A DNA stretch of 64,000 nt from Paragordius varius (taxonomy: Eukaryota > Animalia > Nematomorpha), in contig OZ176058.1 in NCBI GenBank assembly GCA_964247055.1, positions 4,092,001 through 4,156,000 on the forward strand. Reading direction: 5' to 3'. A program made the position numbers and the translations under genes. The notes under the pieces were generated by a model. That model searched no databases. It saw only the letters and a list, made by a program, of their open reading frames with translations, and was not told the origin of the DNA. Shown piece by piece: positions 13,083 through 27,429 of this stretch. Position 1 is the first letter of the stretch. Each line of letters begins with the position of its first letter.

Positions 13083-16000
13083 AACAATCAAAATATGTTG
13101 CCCAATAGCTTTTTAGTATTTCCAACAATCAAAATATGTTTTCTTTTAACTTTTTAGTGTTTCCAACAATCAAACATATATTTTCAACAATCAAATAATT
13201 TTTACAACAATCAAAATATGTTGCCCAATAGCTTTTTAGTGTTTCCAACAATGAAACATATATTTTCAACAATCAAATAATTTTTTTAACAATCAAAATA
13301 TGTTGCCCAATAGCTTTTTAGTATTTCCAACAATCAAAATATGTTTTCTTTTAACTTTTTAGTGTTTCCAACAATCAAAATATGTTTTCTTTTAACTTTT
13401 AGTGTTTCCAACAATCAAACATATATTTTCAACAATCAAATAAATTTTGCAACAATTAAAATATGTTGCCCAATAGCTTTTTAGTATTTCCAACAATCAA
13501 AATATGTTTTCTTTTAACTTTTTAGTGTTTCCAACAATCAAACATATATTTTCAACAATCAAATAATTTTTACAACAATCAAAATATGTTGCCCAATAGC
13601 TTTTTAGTGTTTCCAACAATGAAACATATATTTTCAACAATCAAATAATTTTTCAAACAATCAAAATATGTTGCCCAATAGCTTTTTAGTGTTTCCAACA
13701 ATCAAACATATATTTTCAACAAAATAACTTCCAACCAAATATGATGCCCAATAGCTTTTTAGTGTTTCTAATTTCCAACAATCAAAATTTGATTTCTTTT
13801 AACTTTTTAGTGTTTCCAACAATCAAACATATATTTTCAACAATCAAATAATTTTCCCAACAATCTTATTATGTTGCCCAATAACTTTTTAGTGTTTGCA
13901 ACAATCAAACATATATTTTCAAGAATCAAATAATTTTTCCAACAATCAAAATATGTTCCCCAATAGCTTTTTAGTATTTCCAACAATCAAACATATATTT
14001 TCAACAATCAAATAATTTTTCCAACAATCAAATTATGTTGTCTTTTAACTTTTTAGTGTTTCCAACAATCAATCATATATTTTCAACAATCAAATAATTT
14101 TCCAACAATAAATATGTTGCCCAATAGTTTTTTACTGTTTCCAACAATTAAATAATTTTTTCAACAATCAAATTATGTTGTCTTTTAACTTTTTAGTGTT
14201 TCCAACAATCAAACATATATTTTCAACAATCAAATAATTTTTCCAACAATCAAAATATGTTGCCCAATAGCTTTTTAGTATTTCCAACAATCAAACATAT
14301 ATTTTCAACAATCAAATAATTTTTCCAACAATCAAAATATGTTGCCCAATAGCTTTTTAGTACTTCCAACAATCAAATAATTTTTCCAACAATCAAAATA
14401 TGTTTTCTTTTAACTTTTTAGTGTTTCCAACAATCAAACATATATTTTCAACAATCAAATAATTTTTTTAACAATCAAAATATGTTGCCCAATAGCTTTT
14501 TAGTATTGCCAACAATCAAATAATTTTCCAACAATCAAAATATGTTTTCTTTTAACTTTTTAGTGTTTCCAACAATCAAACATATATTTTCAACAATCAA
14601 ATAATTTTTTTAACAATCAAAATATGTTGCCCAATAACTTTTTAGTGTTGCCAACAATCAAACATATATTTTCAACAATCAAATAATTTTTCAAACAATC
14701 AAAATATGTTGCCCGATAGCTTTTTAGTATTTCCAACAATCAAACATATATTTTCAACAATCAAATAATTTTTCCAACAATCAAATTATGTTGTCTTTTA
14801 ACTTTTTAGTGTTTTCAACAATCAATCATATATTTTCAACAATCAAATAATTTATCCAACAATCAATATGATGCCCAATAACTTTTTAGTGTTGCCAACA
14901 ATCAAACATATATTTTCAACAATCAAATAATTTTTCAAACAATCAAAATATGTTGCCCGATAGCTTTTTAGTATTTCCAACAATCAAACATATATTTTCA
15001 ACAATCAAATAATTTTTCCAACAATCAAATTATGTTGTCTTTTAACTTTTTAGTGTTTCCAACAATCAAACATATATTTTCAACAATCAAATAATTTTTT
15101 TAACAATCAAAATATGTTGCCCAATAGCTTTTTAGTATTTCCAACAATCAAATAATTTTTCCAACAATCAAAATATGTTTTCTTTTAACTTTTAGTGTTT
15201 CCAACAATCAAACATATATTTTCTTTTAACTTTTAGTGTTTCCAACAATCAAACATATATTTTCAACAATCAAATAAATTTTGCAACAATCAAAATATGT
15301 TGCCCAATAGCTTTTTAGTATTTCCAACAATCAAAATATGTTTTCTTTTAACTTTTTAGTGTTTCCAACAATCAAACATATATTTTCAACAATCAAATAA
15401 TTTTTACAACAATCAAAATATGTTGCCCAATAGCTTTTTAGTGTTTCCAACAATGAAACATATATTTTCAACAATCAAATAATTTTTTTAACAATCAAAA
15501 TATGTTGCCCAATAGCTTTTTAGTATTTCCAACAATCAAAATATGTTTTCTTTTAACTTTTTAGTGTTTCCAACAATCAAAATATGTTTTCTTTTAACTT
15601 TTAGTGTTTCCAACAATCAAACATATATTTTCAACAATCAAATAAATTTTGCAACAATCAAAATATGTTGCCCAATAGCTTTTTAGTATTTCCAACAATC
15701 AAAATATGTTTTCTTTTAACTTTTTAGTGTTTCCAACAATCAAACATATATTTTCAACAATCAAATAATTTTTACAACAATCAAAATATGTTGCCCAATA
15801 GCTTTTTAGTGTTTCCAACAATGAAACATATATTTTCAACAATCAAATAATTTTTCAAACAATCAAAATATGTTGCCCAATAGCTTTTTAGTGTTTCCAA
15901 CAATCAAACATATATTTTCAACAAAATAACTTCCAACCAAATATGATGCCCAATAGCTTTTTAGTGTTTCTAATTTCCAACAATCAAAATTTGATTTCTT

Positions 16001-17094
16001 TTAACTTTTTAGTGTTTCCAACAATCAAACATATATTTTCAACAATCAAATAATTTTCCCAACAATCTTATTATGTTTCCCAATAACTTTTTAGTGTTTC
16101 CAACAATCAAACATATATTTTCAAGAATCAAATAATTTTTCCAACAATCAAAATATGTTCCCCAATAGCTTTTTAGTATTTCCAACAATCAAACATATAT
16201 TTTCAACAATCAAATAATTTTTCCAACAATCAAATTATGTTGTCTTTTAACTTTTTAGTGTTTCCAACAATCAATCATATATTTTCAACAATCAAATAAT
16301 TTTCCAACAATAAATATGTTGCCCAATAGTTTTTTACTGTTTCCAACAATTAAATAATTTTTTCAACAATCAAATTATGTTGTCTTTTAACTTTTTAGTG
16401 TTTCCAACAATCAAACATATATTTTCAACAATCAAATAATTTTTCCAACAATCAAAATATGTTGCCCAATAGCTTTTTAGTATTTCCAACAATCAAACAT
16501 ATATTTTCAACAATCAAATAATTTTTCCAACAATCAAAATATGTTGCCCAATAGCTTTTTAGTACTTCCAACAATCAAATAATTTTTCCAACAATCAAAA
16601 TATGTTTTCTTTTAACTTTTTAGTGTTTCCAACAATCAAACATATATTTTCAACAATCAAATAATTTTTTTAACAATCAAAATATGTTGCCCAATAGCTT
16701 TTTAGTATTGCCAACAATCAAATAATTTTCCAACAATCAAAATATGTTTTCTTTTAACTTTTTAGTGTTTCCAACAATCAAACATATATTTTCAACAATC
16801 AAATAATTTTTTTAACAATCAAAATATGTTGCCCAATAACTTTTTAGTGTTGCCAACAATCAAACATATATTTTCAACAATCAAATAATTTTTCAAACAA
16901 TCAAAATATGTTGCCCGATAGCTTTTTAGTATTTCCAACAATCAAACATATATTTTCAACAATCAAATAATTTTTCCAACAATCAAATTATGTTGTCTTT
17001 TAACTTTTTAGTGTTTTCAACAATCAATCATATATTTTCAACAATCAAATAATTTATCCAACAATCAATATGATGCCCAATAACTTTTTAGTGT
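13083..17094 (+). repeat. Direct duplication of ~1.8 kb at offset 2202 bp (13083-14892; 15285-17094)
   Basis: Markers AAAATAACTTCC (C at 13728/15930) and AATCAATATG (14861/17063) are both at +2202. The A-A-A run of 41-bp units is shared. Confidence 0.9.
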
Positions 17095-19859
17095 TTCCAA
17101 CAATCAAACATATATTTTCAACAATCAAATAATTTTTTTAACAATCAAAATATGTTGCCCAATAGCTTTTTAGTATTTCCAACAATCAAATAATTTTTCC
17201 AACAATCAAAATATGTTTTCTTTTAACTTTTAGTGTTTCCAACAATCAAACATATATTTTCAACAATCAAATAAATTTTCCAACAATCAAAATATGTTGC
17301 CCAATAGCTTTTTAGTATTTCCAACAATGAAACATATATTTTCAACAACAAATAATTTTTCCAACAATCAAAATATGTTTTCTTTTAACTTTTTAGTGTT
17401 TCCAACAATCAAACATATATTTTCAACAATCAAATAATTTTTACAACAATCAAAATATGTTGCCCAATAGCTTTTTAGTATTTCCAACAATCAAATAATT
17501 TTTCCAACAATCAAAATATGTTTTCTTTTAACTTTTTAGTGTTTCCAACAATCAAACATATATTTTCAACAATCAAATAAATTTTCCAACAATCAAAATA
17601 TGTTGCCCAATAGCTTTTTAGTATTTCCAACAATCAAACATATATTTTCAACAATCAAATAATTTTTCCAACAATCAAAATATGTTTTCTTTTAACTTTT
17701 TAGTGTTTCCAACAATCAAACATATATTTTCAACAATCAAATAATTTTTCAAACAATCAAAATATGTTGCCCAATAGCTTTTTAGTATTTCCAACAATCA
17801 AACATATATTTTCAACAATCAAATAATTTTTCCAACAATCAAAATATGTTGCCCAATAGCTTTTTAGTACTTCCAACATTCAAATAATTTTTCCAACAAT
17901 CAAAATATGTTTTCTTTTAACTTTTTAGTGTTTCCAACAATCAAACATATATTTTCAACAATCAAATAATTTTTTTAACAATCAAAATATGTTGCCCAAT
18001 AGCTTTTTAGTATTTCCAACAATCAAATAATTTTTCCAACAATCAAAATATGTTTTCTTTTAACTTTTTAGTGTTTCCAACAATCAAACATATATTTTCA
18101 ACAATCAAATAATTTTTTTAACAATCAAAATATGTTGCCCAATAACTTTTTAGTGTTGCCAACAATCAAACATATATTTTCAACAATCAAATAATTTTTC
18201 AAACAATCAAAATATGTTGCCCGATAGCTTTTTAATATTTCCAACAATCAAACATATATTTTCAACAATCAAATAATTTTTCCAACAATCAAATTATGTT
18301 GTCTTTTAACTTTTTAGTGTTTTCAACAATCAATCATATATTTTCAACAATCAAATAATTTCTCCAACAATCAAAATATGATGCCCAATAACTTTTTAGT
18401 GTTTCCAACAATGAAACATATATTTTCAACAATCAAATAATTTTTTTAACAATCAAAATATGTTGCCCAATAGCTTTTTAGTATTTATAACAATCAAATA
18501 ATTTTTCCAACAATCAAAATATGTTTTCTTTTAACTTTTAGTGTTTCCAACAATCAAACATATATTTTCAACAATCAAATAAATTTTGCAACAATCAAAA
18601 TATGTTGCCCAATAGCTTTTTAGTATTTCCAACAATCAAAATATGTTTTCTTTTAACTTTTTAGTGTTTCCAACAATCAAACATATATTTTCAACAATCA
18701 AATAATTTTTACAACAATCAAAATATGTTGCCCAATAGCTTTTTAGTGTTTCCAACAATGAAACATATATTTTCAACAATCAAATAATTTTTCAAACAAT
18801 CAAAATATGTTGCCCAATAGCTTTTTAGTGTTTCCAACAATCAAACATATATTTTCAACAAAATAACTTCCAACCAAATATGATGCCCAATAGCTTTTTA
18901 GTGTTTCTAATTTCCAACAATCAAAATTTGATTTCTTTTAACTTTTTAGTGTTTCCAACAATCAAACATATATTTTCAACAATCAAATAATTTTCCCAAC
19001 AATCTTATTATGTTGCCCAATAACTTTTTAGTGTTTCCAACAATCAAACATATATTTTCAAGAATCAAATAATTTTTCCAACAATCAAAATATGTTCCCC
19101 AATAGCTTTTTAGTATTTCCAACAATCAAACATATATTTTCAACAATCAAATAATTTTTCCAACAATCAAATTATGTTGTCTTTTAACTTTTTAGTGTTT
19201 CCAACAATCAATCATATATTTTCAACAATCAAATAATTTTCCAACAATAAATATGTTGCCCAATAGTTTTTTACTGTTTCCAACAATTAAATAATTTTTT
19301 CAACAATCAAATTATGTTGTCTTTTAACTTTTTAGTGTTTCCAACAATCAAACATATATTTTCAACAATCAAATAATTTTTCCAACAATCAAATATTTTG
19401 CCCAATAGCTTATTAGTATTTCCAACAATCAAACATATATTTTCAACAATCAAATAATTTTTCCAACAATCAAAATATGTTTTCTAATAACTTTTTAGTG
19501 TTTCCAACAATCAAACATATATTTTCAACAATCAAATAATTTTTCAATCAATCAAAATATGTTGCCCAATAGCTTTTTAGTACTTCCAACAATCAAATAA
19601 TTTTTCCAACAATCAAAATATGTTTTCTTTTAACTTTTTAGTGTTTCCAACAATCAAACATATATTTTCAACAATCAAATAAATTTTCCAACAATCAAAA
19701 TATGTTGCCCAATAGCTTTTTAGTATTTCCAACAATGAAACATATATTTTCAACAACAAATAATTTTTCCAACAATCAAAATATGTTTTCTTTTAACTTT
19801 TTAGTGTTTCCAACAATCAAACATATATTTTCAACAATCAAATAATTTTTACAACAATC

Positions 19860-21488
19860 AAAATATGTTGCCCAATAGCTTTTTAGTATTTCCAACAATC
19901 AAATAATTTTTCCAACAATCAAAATATGTTTTCTTTTAACTTTTTAGTGTTTCCAACAATCAAACATATATTTTCAACAATCAAATAAATTTTCCAACAA
20001 TCAAAATATGTTGCCCAATAGCTTTTTAGTATTTCCAACAATCAAACATATATTTTCAACAATCAAATAATTTTTCCAACAATCAAAATATGTTTTCTTT
20101 TAACTTTTTAGTGTTTCCAACAATCAAACATATATTTTCAACAATCAAATAATTTTTACAACAATCAAAATATGTTGCCCAATAGCTTTTTAGTGATTCC
20201 AACAATGAAACATATATTTTCAACAATCAAATAATTCTTCAAACAATCAAAATATGTTGCCCAATAGCATTTTAGTGTTTCCAACAATCAAACATATATT
20301 TTCAACAATCAAATAATTTTTCAATCAATCAAAATATGTTCCCCAATAGCTTTTTAGTATTTCCAACAATCAAACATATATTTTCAACAATCAAATAATT
20401 TTTCCAACAATCAAATTATGTTGTCTTTTAACTTTTTAGTGTTTCCAACAATCAATCATATATTTTCAACAAAATAATTTCCAACCAAATATGATGCCCA
20501 ATAGCTTTTTAGTGTTTCTAATTTCCAACAATCAAAATTTGATTTCTTTTAACTTTTTAGTGTGTTCAACAATCAAACATATATTTTCAACAATCAAATA
20601 ATTTTCCCAACAATCTTATTATGTTGTCTTCTAACTTTTTAGTGTTTCCAACAATCAAACATATATTTTCAACAATCAAATAATTTTTCAAACAATCAAA
20701 ATATGTTGCCCAATAGCTTTTTAGTATTTCCAACAATCAAACATATATTTTCAACAATCAAATAATTTTTCCAACAATCAAAATATGTTGCCCAATAGCT
20801 TTTTAGTACTTCCAACAATCAAATAATTTTTCCAACAATCAAAATATGTTTTCTTTTAACTTTTTAGTGTTTCCAACAATCAAACATATATTTTCAACAA
20901 TCAAATAATTTTTTTAACAATCAAAATATGTTGCCCAATAGCTTTTTAGTATTTCCAACAATCAAATAATTTTTCCAACAATCAAAATATGTTTTCTTTT
21001 AACTTTTTAGTGTTTCCAACAATCAAACATATATTTTCAACAATCAAATAAATTTTCCAACAATCAAAATATGTTGCCCAATAGCTTTTTAGTATTTCCA
21101 ACAATCAAACATATATTTTCAACAATCAAATAATTTTTCCAACAATCAAAATATGTTTTCTTTTAACTTTTTAGTGTTTCCAACAATCAAACATATATTT
21201 TCAACAATCAAATAATTTTTACAACAATCAAAATATGTTGCCCAATAGCTTTTTAGTGATTCCAACAATGAAACATATATTTTCAACAATCAAATAATTC
21301 TTCAAACAATCAAAATATGTTGCCCAATAGCATTTTAGTGTTTCCAACAATCAAACATATATTTTCAACAATCAAATAATTTTTCAATCAATCAAAATAT
21401 GTTCCCCAATAGCTTTTTAGTATTTCCAACAATCAAACATATATTTTCAACAATCAAATAATTTTTCCAACAATCAAATTATGTTGCC
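19860..21488 (+). repeat. Direct duplication of ~0.57 kb at offset 1063 bp; a related third copy lies near 23.9-24.3 kb
   Basis: GTGATTCC (20196/21259) and TAATTCTTC (20237/21300) are at +1063. TAGCATTTT follows in both copies. TAATTCTTC and TAGCATTTT recur at ~24.23-24.27 kb. Confidence 0.8.
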
Positions 21489-22199
21489 CAATAGCTTTTT
21501 AGTGTTTCCAACAATCAAACATATATTTTCAACAAAATAATTTCCAACCAAATATGATGCCCAATAGCTTTTTAGTGTTTCTAATTTCCAACAATCAAAA
21601 TTTGATTTCTTTTAACTTTTTAGTGTTTCCAACAATCAAACATATATTTTCAACAATCAAATAATTTTCCCAACAATCTTATTATGTTGCCCAATAACTT
21701 TTTAGTGTTTCCAACAATCAAACATATATTTTCAAGAATCAAATAATTTTTCCAACAATCAAAATATGTTCCCCAATAGCTTTTTAGTATTTCCAACAAT
21801 CAAACATATATTTTCAACAATCAAATAATTTTTCCAACAATCAAATTATGTTCTCTTTTAACTTTTTAGTGTTTCCAACAATCAATCATATATTTTCAAC
21901 AATCAAATAATTTTCCAACAATAAATATGTTGCCCAATAGTTTTTTACTGTTTCCAACAATCAAATAATTTCTCCAACAATCAAAATATGATGCCCAATA
22001 ACTTTTTAGTGTTTCCAACAATGAAACATATATTTTCAACAATCAAATAATTTTTTTAACAATCAAAATATGTTGCCCGATAGCTTTTTAGTATTTCCAA
22101 CAATCAAACATATATTTTCAACAATCAAATAATTTTTCCAACAATCAAATTATGTTGTCTTTTAACTTTTTAGTGTTTTCAACAATCAATCATATATTT

Positions 22200-25100
22200 T
22201 CAACAATCAAATAATTTCTCCAACAATCAAAATATGATGCCCAATAACTTTTTAGTGTTTCCAACAATGAAACATATATTATCAACAATCAAATAATTTT
22301 TTTAACAATCAAAATATGTTGCCCAATAGCTTTTTAGTATTTATAACAATCAAATAATTTTTCCAACAATCAAAATATGTTTTCTTTTAACTTTTAGTGT
22401 TTCCAACAATCAAACATATATTTTCAACAATCAAATAAATTTTGCAACAATCAAAATATGTTGCCCAATAGCTTTTTAGTATTTCCAACAATCAAAATAT
22501 GTTTTCTTTTAACTTTTTAGTGTTTCCAACAATCAAACATATATTTTCAACAATCAAATAATTTTTACAACAATCAAAATATGTTGCCCAATAGCTTTTT
22601 AGTGTTTCTAACAATGAAACATATATTTTCAACAATCAAATAATTTTTCAAACAATCAAAATATGTTGCCCAATAGCTTTTTAGTGTTTCCAACAATCAA
22701 ACATATATTTTCAACAAAATAATTTCCAACCAAATATGATGCCCAATAGCTTTTTAGTGTTTCTAATTTCCAACAATCAAAATTTGATTTCTTTTAACTT
22801 TTTAGTGTTTCCAACAATCAAACATATATTTTCAACAATCAAATAATTTTCCCAACAATCTTATTATGTTGCCCAATAACTTTTTAGTGTTTCCAACAAT
22901 CAAACATATATTTTCAAGAATCAAATAATTTTTCCAACAATCAAAATATGTTCCCCAATAGCTTTTTAGTATTTCCAACAATCAAACATATATTTTCAAC
23001 AATCAAATAATTTTTCCAACAATCAAATTATGTTGTCTTTTAACTTTTTAGTGTTTCCAACAATCAATCATATATTTTCAATAATCAAATAATTTTCCAA
23101 CAATAAATATGTTGCCCAATAGTTTTTTACTGTTTCCAACAATCAAATAATTTCTCCAACAATCAAAATATGATGCACAATAACTTTTTAGTGTTTCCAA
23201 CAATGAAACATATATTTTCAACAATCAAATAATTTTTTTAACAATCAAAATATGTTGCCCAATAGCTTTTTAGTATTTATAACAATCAAATAATTTTTCC
23301 AACAATCAAAATATGTTTTCTTTTAACTTTTAGTGTTTCCAACAATCAAACATATATTTTCAACAATCAAATAAATTTTCCAACAATCAAAATATGTTCC
23401 CCAATAGCTTTTTAGTATTTCCAACAATCAAACATATATTTTCAACAATCAAATAATTTTTCCAACAATCAAATTATGTTGTCTTTTAACTTTTTAGCGT
23501 TTCTAACAATCAATCATATATTTTCAACAATCAAATAATTTTCCAACAATAAATATGTTGCCCAATAGTTTTTTACTGTTTCCAACAATTAAATAATTTT
23601 TTCAACAATCAAATTATGTTGTCTTTTAACTTTTTAGTGTTTCCAACAATCAAACATATATTTTCAACAATCAAATAATTTTTCCAACAATCAAATATTT
23701 TGCCCAATAGCTTATTAGTATTTCCAACAATCAAACATATATTTTCAACAATCAAATAATTTTTCCAACAATCAAAATATGTTTTCTAATAACTTTTTAG
23801 TGTTTCCAACAATCAAACATATATTTTCAACAATCAAATAATTTTTACAACAATCAAAATATGTTGCCCAATAGCTTTTTAGTATTTCCAACAATCAAAT
23901 AATTTTTCCAACAATCAAAATATGTTTTCTTTTAACTTTTTAGTGTTTCCAACAATCAAACATATATTTTCAACAATCAAATAAATTTTCCAACAATCAA
24001 AATATGTTGCCCAATAGCTTTTTAGTATTTCCAACAATCAAACATATATTTTCAACAATCAAATAATTTTTCCAACAATCAAAATATGTTTTCTTTTAAC
24101 TTTTTAGTGTTTCCAACAATCAAACATATATTTTCAACAATCAAATAATTTTTACAACAATCAAAATATGTTGCCCAATAGCTTTTTAGTGTTTCCAACA
24201 ATGAAACATATATTTTCAACAATCAAATAATTCTTCAAACAATCAAAATATGTTGCCCAATAGCATTTTAGTGTTTCCAACAATCAAACATATATTTTCA
24301 ACAATCAAATAATTTTTCAAACAAAAATATGTTCCCCAATAGCTTTTTAGTATTTCCAACAATCAAACATATATTTTCAACAATCAAATAATTTTTCCAA
24401 CAATCAAATTATGTTGTCTTTTAACTTTTTAGTGTTTCCAACAATCAATCATATATTTTCAACAAAATAATTTCCAACAAAATATGATGCCCAATAGCTT
24501 TTTAGTGTTTCTAATTTCCAACAATCAAAATTTGATTTCTTTAAACTTTTTAGTGTTTCCAACAATCAAACATATATTTTCAACAATCAAATAATTTTTC
24601 CAACAATCAAAATATGTTTTCTTTTAACTTTTTAGTCTTTCCAACAATCAAACATATATTTTCAACAATCAAATAATTTTTTTAACAATCAAATAATTTT
24701 TTTAACAATCAAAATATGTTGCCAAATAGCTTTTTAGTATTTCCAACAATCAAATAATTTTTCCAACAATCAAAATATGTTTTCTTTTAACTTTTTAGTG
24801 TTTCCAACAATCAAACATATATTTTCAACAATCAAATAATTTTTCCAACAATCAAAATATGTTGCCCAATAGCTTTTTAGTATTTCCAACAATCAAACAT
24901 ATATTTTCAACAATCAAATAATTTTTCCAACAATCAAATTATGTTGTCTTTTAACTTTTTAGTGTTTCCAACAATCAATCATATATTTTCAACAATCAAA
25001 TAATTTTCCAACAATAAATATGTTGCCCAATAGTTTTTTACTGTTTCCAACAATCAAATAATTTCTCCAACAATCAAAATATGATGCCCAATAACTTTTT

Positions 25101-26650
25101 AGTGTTTCCAACAATGAAACATATATTATCAACAATCAAATAATTTTTTTAACAATCAAAATATGTTGCCCAATAGCTTTTTAGTATTTATAACAATCAA
25201 ATAATTTTTCCAACAATCAAAATATGTTTTCTTTTAACTTTTAGTGTTTCCAACAATCAAACATATATTTTCAACAATCAAATAAATTTTGCAACAATCA
25301 AAATATGTTGCCCAATAGCTTTTTAGTATTTCCAACAATCAAAATATGTTTTCTTTTAACTTTTTAGTGTTTCCAACAATCAAACATATATTTTCAACAA
25401 TCAAATAATTTTTACAACAATCAAAATATGTTGCCCAATAGCTTTTTAGTGTTTCTAACAATGAAACATATATTTTCAACAATCAAATAATTTTTCAAAC
25501 AATCAAAATATGTTGCCCAATAGCTTTTTAGTGTTTCCAACAATCAAACATATATTTTCAACAAAATAATTTCCAACCAAATATGATGCCCAATAGCTTT
25601 TTAGTGTTTCTAATTTCCAACAATCAAAATTTGATTTCTTTTAACTTTTTAGTGTTTTCAACAATCAAACATATATTTTCAACAATCAAATAATTTTCCC
25701 AACAATCTTATTATGTTGCCCAATAACTTTTTAGTGTTTCCAACAATCAAACATATATTTTCAAGAATCAAATAATTTTTCCAACAATCAAAATATGTTC
25801 CCCAATAGCTTTTTAGTATTTCCAACAATCAAACATATATTTTCAACAATCAAATAATTTTTCCAACAATCAAATTATGTTGTCTTTTAACTTTTTAGTG
25901 TTTCCAACAATCAATCATATATTTTCAATAATCAAATAATTTTCCAACAATAAATATGTTGCCCAATAGTTTTTTACTGTTTCCAACAATCAAATAATTT
26001 CTCCAACAATCAAAATATGATGCACAATAACTTTTTAGTGTTTCCAACAATGAAACATATATTTTCAACAATCAAATAATTTTTTTAACAATCAAAATAT
26101 GTTGCCCAATAGCTTTTTAGTATTTATAACAATCAAATAATTTTTCCAACAATCAAAATATGTTTTCTTTTAACTTTTAGTGTTTCCAACAATCAAACAT
26201 ATATTTTCAACAATCAAATAAATTTTCCAACAATCAAAATATGTTCCCCAATAGCTTTTTAGTATTTCCAACAATCAAACATATATTTTCAACAATCAAA
26301 TAATTTTTCCAACAATCAAATTATGTTGTCTTTTAACTTTTTAGCGTTTCTAACAATCAATCATATATTTTCAACAATCAAATAATTTTCCAACAATAAA
26401 TATGTTGCCCAATAGTTTTTTACTGTTTCCAACAATTAAATAATTTTTTCAACAATCAAATTATGTTGTCTTTTAACTTTTTAGTGTTTCCAACAATCAA
26501 ACATATATTTTCAACAATCAAATAATTTTTCCAACAATCAAATATTTTGCCCAATAGCTTATTAGTATTTTGAACAATCAAACATATATTTTCAACAATC
26601 AAATAATTTTTCCAACAATCAAAATATGTTTTCTAATAACTTTTTAGTGT
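22200..26650 (+). repeat. Direct duplication of ~1.6 kb at offset 2847 bp (22200-23800; 25047-26650)
   Basis: TATTATC 22281/25128, GATGCAC 23175/26022, TAGCGTT 23498/26345 and ATTTTGCCC 23702/26549 are all at +2847. Confidence 0.9.
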
Positions 26651-27429
26651 TTCCAATCAAACATATATTTTCAACAATCAAATAATTTTTCAAACAATCA
26701 AAATATGTTGCCCAATAGCTTTTTAGTACTTCAAACAATCAAATAATTTTTCCAACAATCAAAATATGTTTTCTTTTAACTTTTTAGTGTTTCCAACAAT
26801 CAAACATATATTTTCAACAATCAAATAAATTTTCCAACAATCAAAATATGTTGCCCAATAGCTTTTTAGTATTTCCAACAATGAAACATATATTTTCAAC
26901 AACAAATAATTTTTCCAACAATCAAAATATGTTTTCTTTTAACTTTTTAGTGTTTCCAACAATCAAACATATATTTTCAACAATCAAATAATTTTTACAA
27001 CAATCAAAATATGTTGCCCAATAGCTTTTTAGTATTTCCAACAATCAAATAATTTTTCCAACAATCAAACATATATATTCAACAATCAAATAATTTTTCC
27101 AACAATCAAATTATGTTGTCTTTTAACTTTTTAGTGTTTCCAACAATCAATCATATATTTTCAACAAAATAATTTCCAACAAAATATGATGCCCAATAGC
27201 TTTTTAGTGTTTCTAATTTCCAACAATCAAAATTTGATTTCTTTTAACTTTTTAGTGTTTCCAACAATCAAACATATATTTTCAACAATCAAATAATTTT
27301 CCCAACAATCTTATTATGTTGTCTTTTAACTTTTTAGTGTTTCCAACAATCAAACATATATTTTCAAGAATCAAATAATTTTTCCAACAATCAAAATATG
27401 TTCCCCAATAGCTTTTTGGTATTTCCAAC

